From the sequence record OQ828465.1: 64,000 bases of DNA; one strand, 5' to 3'. Positions 18,229-32,238 of the stretch are shown here, piece after piece. The notes under the pieces are model-generated. The model saw nothing but the letters and a program-made list of their open reading frames with translations. It was not told where the DNA came from and made no database searches. Within the stretch, counting starts at the first letter, position 1; each line of letters begins with the position of its first letter. A program made the translations under genes and the position numbers.

Positions 18229-19743
18229 TTAACTAATTTGGTATTTTAAATTCTGATTACCGTTTAGAACATAAATCTTACCGTCATTATTAAACGTATT
18301 GGCAAAACCTGCATCCACTAAACCAGTTTCTAAATTACCTAAATTTATCCATCGTGCTAATCGTGGTTCATAATACTTAATTGGTGCGTTATTTTGATTT
18401 TCACCAGCGATTACATAAAGTTCACCAGATGGGCGTATATTAATAGCTGCACCAAGAGGTATACCTGTAGTTATTGGTTTGGACCAATTATTGTTGGTTT
18501 GATTGTACGATATGATTCCAGTGTTAACACCAGCACCAACCGTACCACCAATAACGCATACGCTATTATTATAAATACTCACTGAATAATCTTGGGTATA
18601 TTCCCCAGTATCATTAAATGCTGCACCACTGGTATATGTATCTGTAGTTGGATTGTACATTAATGTAAATCCACGATTATTTGTCGCAGTTGTATCAGCT
18701 GCACCTAATATGTAGATTAACCCATTAAGACTAGTTCCACGTGCATACCGGCAAGCTATCGTGCCTGGTGATTTTATTTCCCATGTATTAGTTGCAGGAT
18801 CATAACACTGCATATCTTTAGTAAGTACACCATCTGTGGCACTTTCACCACCATAGAAATATACTTTACCATTAAATGCAACAGCCGAGCATTGTTTAAC
18901 TGCTATAGGCGTACCAGTTGGTTGTAATGTTGTTAACTTACCCGTGACTAAATTCAGTGTACGTAGAGCAGTATTAGCATTATTCTTACCACCGTAATAA
19001 TAGACTAAGTTACCTATTTGGGCACCTGCTGCCATTTCGTTATCAGTTTCAAAATCAGTAAGTTTAATAACATTATCTTTAACGAATGGATATGTACCAC
19101 TAGCATAAACCACTGGACGCCAACCTTGGGTTGCAGCACCCGTTTCACTACTTGACGAGCTAGTTATATCAATCGCATAGTAGCCACGATAGAGCTGGTC
19201 ATTAACTGGATCACTACCTGGGTCTCTTCCCCAGTTAGTAGTACCATCAGTGCTAATACCACCAGCGACCGCTTGGTTAATACCTAAGTCATTATCTGTA
19301 AATTTATAAGGCCAGTTAGCACCATTTAAATTAGATACGTGAACATTATAAAGTAACCTTTGCCATTCTGATGTGGCACCAGCCATTGTTAATAAACCAA
19401 ATTTATAAATGTTCCCCATAAATCTAACTTCATAGTCACCATTACGGAGTCCGGCATTATTAAGCCGTGATTTTTGTATTGATTTACGAGCTGGTTTCTT
19501 TGGTATGTAACAAGTAACATTTTTATTAGAGAACTTTAACCATGGTTGTCCATCATTGATTACTGTTCCAAATGTCATATTAACTAATTTAGCTGCATCA
19601 TCATAACCAAATAATTCTGAAGATGTTGTTTCACCATACAAACCTAATTCCCTTGTCCCAGCTATCAGTGTTTTAGGACCTGGATAAGGATCGGAATATA
19701 TAGGCGTATTTGTTAGTCCAGAAGACAACAATAACTCAAACAT
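18229..19743 (-). CDS. Virion protein with C-terminal Kelch beta-propeller (gp83-like)
   Basis: Six Kelch-like blades (VYYYGG, VYFYGG, IYILGA, VCVIGG, LYVIAG, IYVLNG). Confidence 0.75.
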   Translation of the reverse strand: MFELLLSSGLTNTPIYSDPYPGPKTLIAGTRELGLYGETTSSELFGYDDAAKLVNMTFGTVINDGQPWLKFSNKNVTCYIPKKPARKSIQKSRLNNAGLRNGDYEVRFMGNIYKFGLLTMAGATSEWQRLLYNVHVSNLNGANWPYKFTDNDLGINQAVAGGISTDGTTNWGRDPGSDPVNDQLYRGYYAIDITSSSSSETGAATQGWRPVVYASGTYPFVKDNVIKLTDFETDNEMAAGAQIGNLVYYYGGKNNANTALRTLNLVTGKLTTLQPTGTPIAVKQCSAVAFNGKVYFYGGESATDGVLTKDMQCYDPATNTWEIKSPGTIACRYARGTSLNGLIYILGAADTTATNNRGFTLMYNPTTDTYTSGAAFNDTGEYTQDYSVSIYNNSVCVIGGTVGAGVNTGIISYNQTNNNWSKPITTGIPLGAAINIRPSGELYVIAGENQNNAPIKYYEPRLARWINLGNLETGLVDAGFANTFNNDGKIYVLNGNQNLKYQIS

Positions 19744-19844
19744 TTTGTGTGCGCCTCTTTTATAATACGTAGTGCATAAGATTGAATTCTATACAACGCA
19801 GCCTTATCTTTATGATTATAAATTAATACTGGTAGAGATATAAA

Positions 19845-21086
19845 ATGCTACATACGATAGAAATCTCTAATGAAGTGTTAGATGTGAATGTTAAGCGTGA
19901 CTTAGGTCCATTGATCGAAGAACATCTAACCAAGATTCGTGATAAATTAGATAATCAACAGAGAATAGATATTAATGATTTTAGGTCACTGAGTGATGAT
20001 GTTTCTAAGATCCTCAATATGAATATAGAGTTTACACACCTGGATGATCAGGGTATAATGGGTGGTGCATACACATCCTTTACAGTTGGACATACTGGTA
20101 GTAAATTTGACAATATTAATCGAGTTACTTTAGCAACTGAGCAAGGTGTCAATACATTCATTAATATTGATTTAACAAATTTAAAAGTTACGGGTGAGGC
20201 TGTTTCAACTTTTAAATACAAGGTCGGTTTATCTATTGGTTTATTATCGGCTATTAACCGTGTTAGTATAGCAGAAGCTACTGCCATTACATTACATGAA
20301 ATTGGGCATTGTTGGGAAACACTGGCTACAATGGGTGACTACGTCTATCTTAACTATGCACTTACTGAAGGTATACTTATCTTACAGGGTAGGAAAGCTA
20401 ATAAGTATAAGATTCAATTATTGGATGAAACATGGTTAAAGAAAAACGTTGATCCAGCCGATTATGAGAAGTTTGCTAATGATAGGACTGAAGGAAATAT
20501 TCGTAAAGTCATTCTATCATCATTTAAGAAAGCGCAACGTCCGCATTTAACTGGTGATGTTCAATCACGTAAACGCGATGAACAATTAGCTGATTTATTC
20601 GCCACTCGATTAGGTTATGGAAGGCCACTGGCAACGGCATTAACTAAATCAGGTCGGTATTATAATGACCGTGAATATAAATCTGTTTCTAGCCATATTA
20701 CTGCTGAGGTATTCAAAGGTCTATTTATGATCATTGGTTTACCTGTTACACTAGGTATCATTGCCGGTAATTTAAAAGTTGGATATGATCCAATTAGTTC
20801 ACGTTATGACAAACAACGACAACGTTTAATGAAAATTAAACAAGATCTAGTAGCACAACTTAAATGGGTAAAGGACTCATCACTAAAACCAGGAATTGAT
20901 GATGACATTAAAGTAATTGATTCATTGATAAATGATTTAGCTAATGAGTGGACCATTTTTGATAAAATTTTAGATTTCCTTAGTCCCCAGCGTCGTAAAG
21001 ATAAACGGGCTACTGAATTAGAAGATACTTTAGAAAGTCTATTAAATAATGACTTATTTGTAAGAGCCTACCGCTTAACTAAATAG
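19845..21086 (+). CDS. Head-associated protein with zincin metalloprotease motif (gp84-like)
   Basis: ITLHEIGH plus downstream DEQLADLFATRLGYG. Confidence 0.7.
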   Translation: MLHTIEISNEVLDVNVKRDLGPLIEEHLTKIRDKLDNQQRIDINDFRSLSDDVSKILNMNIEFTHLDDQGIMGGAYTSFTVGHTGSKFDNINRVTLATEQGVNTFINIDLTNLKVTGEAVSTFKYKVGLSIGLLSAINRVSIAEATAITLHEIGHCWETLATMGDYVYLNYALTEGILILQGRKANKYKIQLLDETWLKKNVDPADYEKFANDRTEGNIRKVILSSFKKAQRPHLTGDVQSRKRDEQLADLFATRLGYGRPLATALTKSGRYYNDREYKSVSSHITAEVFKGLFMIIGLPVTLGIIAGNLKVGYDPISSRYDKQRQRLMKIKQDLVAQLKWVKDSSLKPGIDDDIKVIDSLINDLANEWTIFDKILDFLSPQRRKDKRATELEDTLESLLNNDLFVRAYRLTK

Positions 21087-21097
21087 AGAGAAAAATC

Positions 21098-21547
21098 ATG
21101 CAACAATTAGGTTTTGAACTTTCCCGTATTCTAAAGCAACTGCCTAACTTAGGTGGTTCTGATCGTAAAACCCGCGCAATGCTCCTAGCTAATGCGGTGG
21201 CATTACAGATTCCATTTGAGATTTTACTTGATTTCAATGAACAACAGGATAAAGCTGTTGCTAAATTTAAGAAAATCTTAAGTAAAGTTAATGAGAATAT
21301 TGCAGTTGATACTAAACTAGCCGTAACCTATTTTAACAATATTCTTCGCATTCGCCAAAGTCTTATCAACGGTATTACTGATCCATGTCTTGTCAAAGCT
21401 GTACTGACATCTGATACCGCTAATGATTATCTAACTGTCGATGATATCAATATTGTCTCTGCCGTTGTTAATGGCTCAGATTATAACCGTATCCAAGCAG
21501 ACATGGGTAATGCATTAAATCAATTAATCGGTAGTATTGATGAGTGA
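21098..21547 (+). CDS. Virion protein (gp85-like)
   Basis: 149 aa within the structural operon. Confidence 0.7.
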   Translation: MQQLGFELSRILKQLPNLGGSDRKTRAMLLANAVALQIPFEILLDFNEQQDKAVAKFKKILSKVNENIAVDTKLAVTYFNNILRIRQSLINGITDPCLVKAVLTSDTANDYLTVDDINIVSAVVNGSDYNRIQADMGNALNQLIGSIDE

Positions 21548-22826
21548 GGTTAAACCCATGTCTCATGTTAAAGAAGTAGATGTCGAAGAGGAAAAACTTT
21601 TCTTTGATGAGAACCAACCAGAGATGGTTGAAGGCGAAGAAGAGACTGTTTCAAGTGCCTCGGCTCCTGAAATTTTAGCTAAGATGTGTGTAGCTGTCGA
21701 AGCGATTCATCAGCTATCTGATATTTATGCAATCACTAAACTTGAAGGCGTATCAAAACCAGATGTTGATGGTATTCGAGCATTAGTTAAGCGCATGAGC
21801 ACTGAAGGGTTTGAAGCTCCTAAGAAAGCAGTAGCTTCACTTGAGCAATATGCTTCTATGTTTACACCAACCCGTAGTACTCTTAATGTGACTATTTCTC
21901 AAGAGGCAGTGATGGCTACCATCATTAATACTCTTAAGACTTGGTTTGAGAAACTAATGGAACTATTTGCTAAGCTGATGCGTTGGATTAGTGATTTTAA
22001 GAAGCGTGATGTTGTTGTAGCAACTCGTTATGGAAAGATTGTCCGGGCAGTTGATCAAGCACGTACTCTCTTTCAAGAGTTACTAGTTAAAAATCGATTA
22101 GGTAATCGAAAGGATGCATTACTAGAAAAGTTTGATGCAATTGCACAATCAATCATTGATGATCCTAAAATCCTAGCTAGTCGTGTATATGCTGCTGCAT
22201 TTGGTAGTGTATACTACCAGAAAGAAATCATTAATATTAATAATGAAGCACGTACTGAACTAGGTACAATGGAAAAGCTAGTTGGCACTATCATTGAATA
22301 TGTTAATTACAATGGTGATGATTATCGTGCACTTATGCCTATCGCTAATATCCGTGAGATTGGTAAACTAGCTACCCGGTGCAATGAACTATCTACAGTG
22401 TATCCTGATCGTTCAAGCATTCCAGATTTCCCTGATAAGAATTTCTGGAAAAACTCACATCTGTTAAAAGATCGTTTTGTCGCACCACTTGATGATTTGT
22501 TAAAAGCATATCGCAATAGCAGTGATACTCTACGTAAGTTAAAGCAACTATCACGTAATTATAGTCAAGAAACTATTGATGCTATTGGTGAGTCTGTTCA
22601 ATTAATCAACACTTCCCTTGAAGGTATGCGTCGTATTACTGATACGATGTTTGAATATTCTCAAGCACAATATCTAGCAGCTAGTTGCGTACTTAACTAT
22701 TATGGTAAGTGTGCACAAGTAGTTAGTGAAGATTATAAGATCCATGGCTTCAATGATGCTATTCGCGAATGGCAGCGTCGATTTGATAAAGTCATCGATG
22801 ACTTTAAACGTGGTTATGCAATGTAA
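21537..22826 (+). CDS. Internal head protein (gp86-like)
   Basis: Acidic propeptide with x-x-E prohead-protease-type sites (AVEA, SLEQ). Confidence 0.7.
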   Translation: MMSEVKPMSHVKEVDVEEEKLFFDENQPEMVEGEEETVSSASAPEILAKMCVAVEAIHQLSDIYAITKLEGVSKPDVDGIRALVKRMSTEGFEAPKKAVASLEQYASMFTPTRSTLNVTISQEAVMATIINTLKTWFEKLMELFAKLMRWISDFKKRDVVVATRYGKIVRAVDQARTLFQELLVKNRLGNRKDALLEKFDAIAQSIIDDPKILASRVYAAAFGSVYYQKEIININNEARTELGTMEKLVGTIIEYVNYNGDDYRALMPIANIREIGKLATRCNELSTVYPDRSSIPDFPDKNFWKNSHLLKDRFVAPLDDLLKAYRNSSDTLRKLKQLSRNYSQETIDAIGESVQLINTSLEGMRRITDTMFEYSQAQYLAASCVLNYYGKCAQVVSEDYKIHGFNDAIREWQRRFDKVIDDFKRGYAM

Positions 22827-22839
22827 AATACAACATAAT

Positions 22840-22859
22840 GCCCTCCCCTAGGGGAGGGC
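22840..22859. terminator. Bidirectional terminator
   Basis: GCCCTCCCC-TA-GGGGAGGGC. Confidence 0.85.
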
Positions 22860-22867
22860 TTATGACC

Positions 22868-26839
<3,972 letters not shown>

Positions 26840-26875
26840 TTATAACTCTCTGCAAACCCATATAGGAAGAGAAAA

Positions 26876-28039
26876 ATGCCATTACCTGTAATCGCCGGAG
26901 CAGTAAGTTCTGCTCTGATGACTGTTGCTGCTGATCAAGGTGTACGTGGTCTAATGCAGACTGTCCTACAAGCCACTAAAAATGGTGTAGAGATTTCTTC
27001 TCTAACCGATCTAGCACGTCCAACTCGTGTTGAACCATTGGTCATCGTAGACCAAACCTTAGTTGATCAACCTTACATGAAAGACGTTATGAAATTTGTT
27101 TCATCGTCTTTTACTGGTTATTATCTACAAGCTGTTAATATGCTTCTAGGTGTGGATAAGATTGATACTTTAAAAGTATTCGATACTATTAATCCTAACC
27201 GTACAGGTGTAACTCGCACTAGTGTATTCTCTGCCGAAGAGTATTCTGATGGTCTTCCTTCATTAGAGTCTTTTGAGAAGCCTGTGCATTTACCAAATAT
27301 CGTCGCTGAACACTCACATGAGCGTTGGGTAGCTTCAATGGAAGCGAATGACGAAAGTACAAGTGCACAAAGTATTTCTAGTGGTGATACACAAAAGATT
27401 TATGAAGTTGAAAACCTTGCCGTTGGTAAGCTGGTTAACGTTGATGTTAAATCAGGAAAGCAGAAAGCTAAAATTCCTGTTATGATCCGTTTAATTCCAG
27501 CCGCTGTTAGTCCTCAGATTATTGCGCACATCTTTAGTGCTGGTGGACGAGATACTTGGCTACATCGCCTATTTCTAGTAAAAACTGGTCAAATTAAATT
27601 CTGGCGTGACTTCGTTCTAGGTCAAGATATGATCGATGAACATTATCGCATTCTAATGAATGATAAATCAGGTGTTTATAAACAAATCACCGATCGCCGC
27701 CGTAACAACTGGAAACAATCAGTTCGCAGTGGTACGGTTTCATTAGCAGATGCATCAAATATCGCGATTGTATCAACTTCAACTCTTAAAGCTGCTTCTA
27801 ATTCTCTTTATGGTCGTATTGATGATTTCGCCACTCGGCAAAAGATCTTTGACAATAGCTATCTAATGATGCTTGTTGTTATTGATGACCGTTATGAGCG
27901 AGTAACTATTTATCATCGTGGGGTTGATCTATCTACATCTCACCGACTTGATGAAATTAAAATGGCTGAAAAGAATAAAGGTCCGGATATCACTGAGATC
28001 TTTAAAATGATGAATAAAACCATGTCTACCAATATTTAA
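26876..28039 (+). CDS. Internal head protein (gp89-like)
   Basis: 387 aa; SLES and SMEA cleavage-type motifs. Confidence 0.75.
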   Translation: MPLPVIAGAVSSALMTVAADQGVRGLMQTVLQATKNGVEISSLTDLARPTRVEPLVIVDQTLVDQPYMKDVMKFVSSSFTGYYLQAVNMLLGVDKIDTLKVFDTINPNRTGVTRTSVFSAEEYSDGLPSLESFEKPVHLPNIVAEHSHERWVASMEANDESTSAQSISSGDTQKIYEVENLAVGKLVNVDVKSGKQKAKIPVMIRLIPAAVSPQIIAHIFSAGGRDTWLHRLFLVKTGQIKFWRDFVLGQDMIDEHYRILMNDKSGVYKQITDRRRNNWKQSVRSGTVSLADASNIAIVSTSTLKAASNSLYGRIDDFATRQKIFDNSYLMMLVVIDDRYERVTIYHRGVDLSTSHRLDEIKMAEKNKGPDITEIFKMMNKTMSTNI

Positions 28040-28046
28040 GGACTGA

Positions 28047-28979
28047 GTGATGAGAATTATTGATTATGTACGTGAACTCGCACCAGTTACTGAACGTCGT
28101 GAACTATTAAATCAAATCCGTTCATTACGTGAAGAATATGATGCAACTCTCGCACCAATTATTGACGATGTAGGTGAAGTATTTGGTAATATGCAACTTA
28201 AATCAGATTTAGGTATGCGGTTATCTACTGAACTACGGCGAGCGATTAGTTTTAATACTGAACCGATTAAACTAGTACTGGATACTCTTTCAAATATTCG
28301 TGGTAGCTTTGATATGATCGAAAGCGAAATCCGGCGTTTATTTGCTATTCAGTTTACTAACTCTAATCTAACCTTTGACCGTGCAAACATGTTACGTTTT
28401 GTTGATGGTCTTAGTTTCTATATTCGTTATGGCCGTAAGCTACTACTAAATCTAATTGCACAAGAAGCAATGAAATTAGGTAAGGCTACAGAATTAAAAT
28501 CATCTCGTGCTGAGAAAGAATGGCTATACACTAATATGGCGCAATTCATTACTCTGTATCCAGCAATGAGTCTTAAGACTAATGAACTGAAACAACGCTT
28601 AAGTCGTGCATCTAGTGCTGAAGTCAATGAAGGTACTTATGATGTAGCTGTGAGTGCTCTCTCTATAGCTCAACGTGATCCACTTAACATGGATGGCTTC
28701 TCACCTCGTCAGAACCCGTTCGTGCTATTTGGCAAGTTCTTAGCTGAGTATCAGGTTGAACGTTTTAAAGAAGCTGAGCAAGAATTCCTTGCACTTCAAC
28801 TACGTTTACAAGAAATGCGGGAAATGCAAAGTAATGGTAAAGTGGATGCACGCCTACAGAAGCTTATTAAAGAGTATGAAATTCGTATCTCTGATTATAA
28901 CTATCGCCTAGGTATGATCCAAGATCGCGCATCTGAGTTCTTTGCTAACCATCGTGATCTACTATCTCTTGGTCACTAA
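28047..28979 (+). CDS. Internal head protein (gp90-like)
   Basis: 310 aa, helical/coiled-coil; synteny. Confidence 0.75.
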   Translation: MMRIIDYVRELAPVTERRELLNQIRSLREEYDATLAPIIDDVGEVFGNMQLKSDLGMRLSTELRRAISFNTEPIKLVLDTLSNIRGSFDMIESEIRRLFAIQFTNSNLTFDRANMLRFVDGLSFYIRYGRKLLLNLIAQEAMKLGKATELKSSRAEKEWLYTNMAQFITLYPAMSLKTNELKQRLSRASSAEVNEGTYDVAVSALSIAQRDPLNMDGFSPRQNPFVLFGKFLAEYQVERFKEAEQEFLALQLRLQEMREMQSNGKVDARLQKLIKEYEIRISDYNYRLGMIQDRASEFFANHRDLLSLGH

Positions 28980-29524
28980 TGGAGGACATTGATATGCCAG
29001 CAACTAATGCTGTACGCCCATTTGGTCGTAATTACTCAGGTGGTCAACAACAGGCCATTTCACGGTTCACTGCTCGTCCCGGTGATCCTCAAGTTGAAGA
29101 ACTATATCTTATCTTTACCAACTTTCCTGCACAAACTGCATATTGGGAATTCCATAAGAAAGTTCTAGCTTGTGCTATTCGTCTTTTTAGCGGAAACTAT
29201 AATTGGTTTATTCTACAGGACAATAATAGTAATATTGATAGTTATAATTATCAATTCCTATTAGATACTGTTCGATACATTGCTACGGGTCATCGACGTA
29301 TTTCAATTACCCAATGGCCAATGTTACTAGCTACTGAACCAGATGCTGGTGCACAACTCATTGAACCGCGCGCTGAAATTGCTACTCTCTTTAATGAGTT
29401 AAAATTAGATCTAGATACTGTTTCAATGATCCAGAATTGGGTTAAACACAAAAACGGTATGAATGATCTAATGTATACCCTACATCTACTATTTGGATCT
29501 GTAGAAGTAATAGATAAGGACTGA
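28979..29524 (+). CDS. Virion protein (gp91-like)
   Basis: 181 aa, TAATG-coupled. Confidence 0.7.
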   Translation: MEDIDMPATNAVRPFGRNYSGGQQQAISRFTARPGDPQVEELYLIFTNFPAQTAYWEFHKKVLACAIRLFSGNYNWFILQDNNSNIDSYNYQFLLDTVRYIATGHRRISITQWPMLLATEPDAGAQLIEPRAEIATLFNELKLDLDTVSMIQNWVKHKNGMNDLMYTLHLLFGSVEVIDKD

Positions 29525-29533
29525 GGACTATCT

Positions 29534-30856
29534 ATGACTAATAATTCACTTAGTCATTCGGTCTTACTTGAATCAATCGACGGGGACAGCCCCGTCGATA
29601 TGATCGCTACATGCGATGGATATCTAAAAGAATTATTGCCATCAATTGAAGATATTCAAAGTAGATTAGAATGCACTGAAAAAGACATTTTAGTTAAAAC
29701 CTATACCGATGGCTTATTTCAAAAATATGCAGATAACCAAGATGTTGTTAGTGAACACATTCTAAAAACTGAGAATGTGTCATTAGAAGACCTATCTAAG
29801 ACAGCACGAAATACCTGGGATGAAATGAAAAAATCCCAAGCAAAGCATCGAGATGAGTTAAAAGAGTATGCACGTGTTATTACACAAGGTAATCAACGTA
29901 CTCTTGAACGAATAAACATGCTTTTAGAAAGAGCTGAAAATATTAAGCATGAGCCATTTAAGCAAGAATTAAAATTTAAAAATACTAAACGATTTAGTAT
30001 TGATGGTAAATTCGAACCGACTACAGTTGATCCGATACTCATGCAAGTTAACAACTTGATAGCTTTCTATGATAAATCCCTACTCTTGTATATCCAATCT
30101 GTAGCGGATATCCTTAGGAAATTATCATTTGATGAAAAATGGACTGATAGAGCTGCACAAGACTTTAGTAAGTTTAATGTTAAGAACTGGATGAAGGGTG
30201 CAGTACCTATTAAGAAAGATGATAGATTTAGAGTAAGTTCTACAGTTTATCGTAGTATGCCAGTTCAAGGTAATAAGACTTTATTTGGCGCAGGGCCAAC
30301 TGAAACACAGACTGAAGAGATCAGGGATTGGGATTTTTTAGTAAATACTGTCCGTGATTTTGCCTTTAAGTTTTATACTATTCCTACTATGAAGGATGCA
30401 CCTGAAGGTAACAATACCTTTAAGGTTAATGATACGAGTTCAATTGGAAGACGGTTAGTATTATTAAGCGAAATGGCTAAACGTATAGATGCTAGAAAAG
30501 ATTATGCAACTAAACTAGATTTTGAATTTGGTAGGTTAATGCAGTTAGCCGAGACTAATCGTCAACAAGCTGGTAGGATTCGGGCACAACAATCTAATAT
30601 GCGAAATCGTCAAGCAAAAGTTCAAGATCCGGATGCACCTGATGGCATCCCTGCTATCTCAAATATCATTAATTCAATTACATTAATGATCAATAATGTA
30701 AGTCGCGTTGTAACAGATTTTAGTAATGCTCTTGCTGGTTTAGTCAGAGTAATGGGTCGACTAGTATTCGTGACCGAGTTAGAATTAAAAGCTTACCAGC
30801 GTCCAATTCAAAGACCTACGCAAGAACAAGTAAATAATCCCTCCCAGGTAAGGTAA
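29534..30856 (+). CDS. Internal head protein (gp92-like)
   Basis: 440 aa; LLES and SLED motifs. Confidence 0.75.
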   Translation: MTNNSLSHSVLLESIDGDSPVDMIATCDGYLKELLPSIEDIQSRLECTEKDILVKTYTDGLFQKYADNQDVVSEHILKTENVSLEDLSKTARNTWDEMKKSQAKHRDELKEYARVITQGNQRTLERINMLLERAENIKHEPFKQELKFKNTKRFSIDGKFEPTTVDPILMQVNNLIAFYDKSLLLYIQSVADILRKLSFDEKWTDRAAQDFSKFNVKNWMKGAVPIKKDDRFRVSSTVYRSMPVQGNKTLFGAGPTETQTEEIRDWDFLVNTVRDFAFKFYTIPTMKDAPEGNNTFKVNDTSSIGRRLVLLSEMAKRIDARKDYATKLDFEFGRLMQLAETNRQQAGRIRAQQSNMRNRQAKVQDPDAPDGIPAISNIINSITLMINNVSRVVTDFSNALAGLVRVMGRLVFVTELELKAYQRPIQRPTQEQVNNPSQVR

Positions 30857-30861
30857 TTAAC

Positions 30862-32169
30862 ATGTCTCTACTTAAAATGCTAGACAAACTATCACTTGAA
30901 TCAATTGAAGATCAAGGCACTACGATTCATGGTGATGTTGAATTAGTCGTTGAAAATGAAACTTCTGCTGATGTATCATCCGTTTTAGCAGAAGTAGATC
31001 AGATTGAGAATAATCCCGTAGAAGAAGTTCTTGATGCAGATGATGCTGTTCAACCCACTGCATTAGATACTGAAGTGACTATTGTTCAAGCTGAAGATGA
31101 ATTAGGCCTAATTGAAGATGCTAAAGAAGCACTTGAAAAGTTCCAAGGTCTTTTACTTCAAGCTGGTGAAGATGGTATCTCTCGTCAAGCAGCTGCCTTC
31201 ATGCATGTTGGCATGGAATCAATTGATCGTATCCTAGGTATTGAAAAATCTGGACTCACTGCCGCGCTTGAGAATTACGATGCTTCTCCACGCAGCGCTA
31301 TTCAGAAAGCAGCAGTTATCTCTCTTGAGGATCTCAAAGAGAAACTAAAAGAAGCAGGTAAGAAAGCTTTAGAGATTATCAAGAAGATTGTTGCAATGAT
31401 AAAGCAGAAGATTAAAGATTTTAATCCTAAGCTGATTGCACTCGATATGCGTATTACTAAAACTATTGATGCTATTAAATCACTCAAAGCCGGTGATCTA
31501 AAGAAAGAAGAAATTAAGTTCACTCCTTCTGAGTATATGGTATCTAGTAGTGGCTTTATTGCAAATAATCCGAAGACTATTGCAGACTTCATGACTGTAT
31601 TCTCAACTCAGTATGTATCTGCTCTTAGGAAATATGGCGAACTTGGAGTACGTTATCTCAAAGGTGACAAGTCTATTGATATTGATCAAGTCACCAGTGA
31701 TTTACAAGCTAAGATGGCTGAAGATATTAATAAAGCCGTTGAGAAAGCTCCTGGTAATGTTAAGTTAGAAGTTACTTCTTCTAAGTCGGGTGTGAATAAG
31801 TGGGAAGTTGTTGAGGGTGATGGGGAAACGGATCTACATGAAGTTGAAGTTGATGTCCGTGCACCGAGTAAAATCTTAGCACATCTTAATATTCTTAAAG
31901 GTCTTGTTATTAAACTACAGGACTTTAATAAGATTGATTACAAGATTGCTGAGAATCTTGAAAAGGCCCTAGCTGATTGGAATCCTGACGAAGCAGGTAT
32001 GTCAAAAGAAACAGCGCGTGATGCACTGAATATTGGTGGCATTGACAATAGTGCACTAGTTAACTATATTGCTAAATGTATCGCTGCGCAATATACATTT
32101 ATTGTTAAATATGAACTAGCTGCATATGGCAAAGAAACTTCTAAAGCATCTGAGAATGATGAGAAGTAA
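30862..32169 (+). CDS. Inner-body/ejection protein, paralog family (gp93-like)
   Basis: GISRQAAAFMHVGMESID family motif; SLES, ALEN, SLED sites. Confidence 0.8.
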   Translation: MSLLKMLDKLSLESIEDQGTTIHGDVELVVENETSADVSSVLAEVDQIENNPVEEVLDADDAVQPTALDTEVTIVQAEDELGLIEDAKEALEKFQGLLLQAGEDGISRQAAAFMHVGMESIDRILGIEKSGLTAALENYDASPRSAIQKAAVISLEDLKEKLKEAGKKALEIIKKIVAMIKQKIKDFNPKLIALDMRITKTIDAIKSLKAGDLKKEEIKFTPSEYMVSSSGFIANNPKTIADFMTVFSTQYVSALRKYGELGVRYLKGDKSIDIDQVTSDLQAKMAEDINKAVEKAPGNVKLEVTSSKSGVNKWEVVEGDGETDLHEVEVDVRAPSKILAHLNILKGLVIKLQDFNKIDYKIAENLEKALADWNPDEAGMSKETARDALNIGGIDNSALVNYIAKCIAAQYTFIVKYELAAYGKETSKASENDEK

Positions 32170-32179
32170 CAAACATAAT

Positions 32180-32201
32180 GAGGAACCCTTCGGGGTTCCT
32201 C
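32180..32201 (+). terminator. Intrinsic terminator
   Basis: GAGGAACCC-TTCG-GGGTTCCTC. Confidence 0.85.
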
Positions 32202-32238
32202 TTATGCTATGTAATTAAGTATTCTTGAGGAATTGTAA

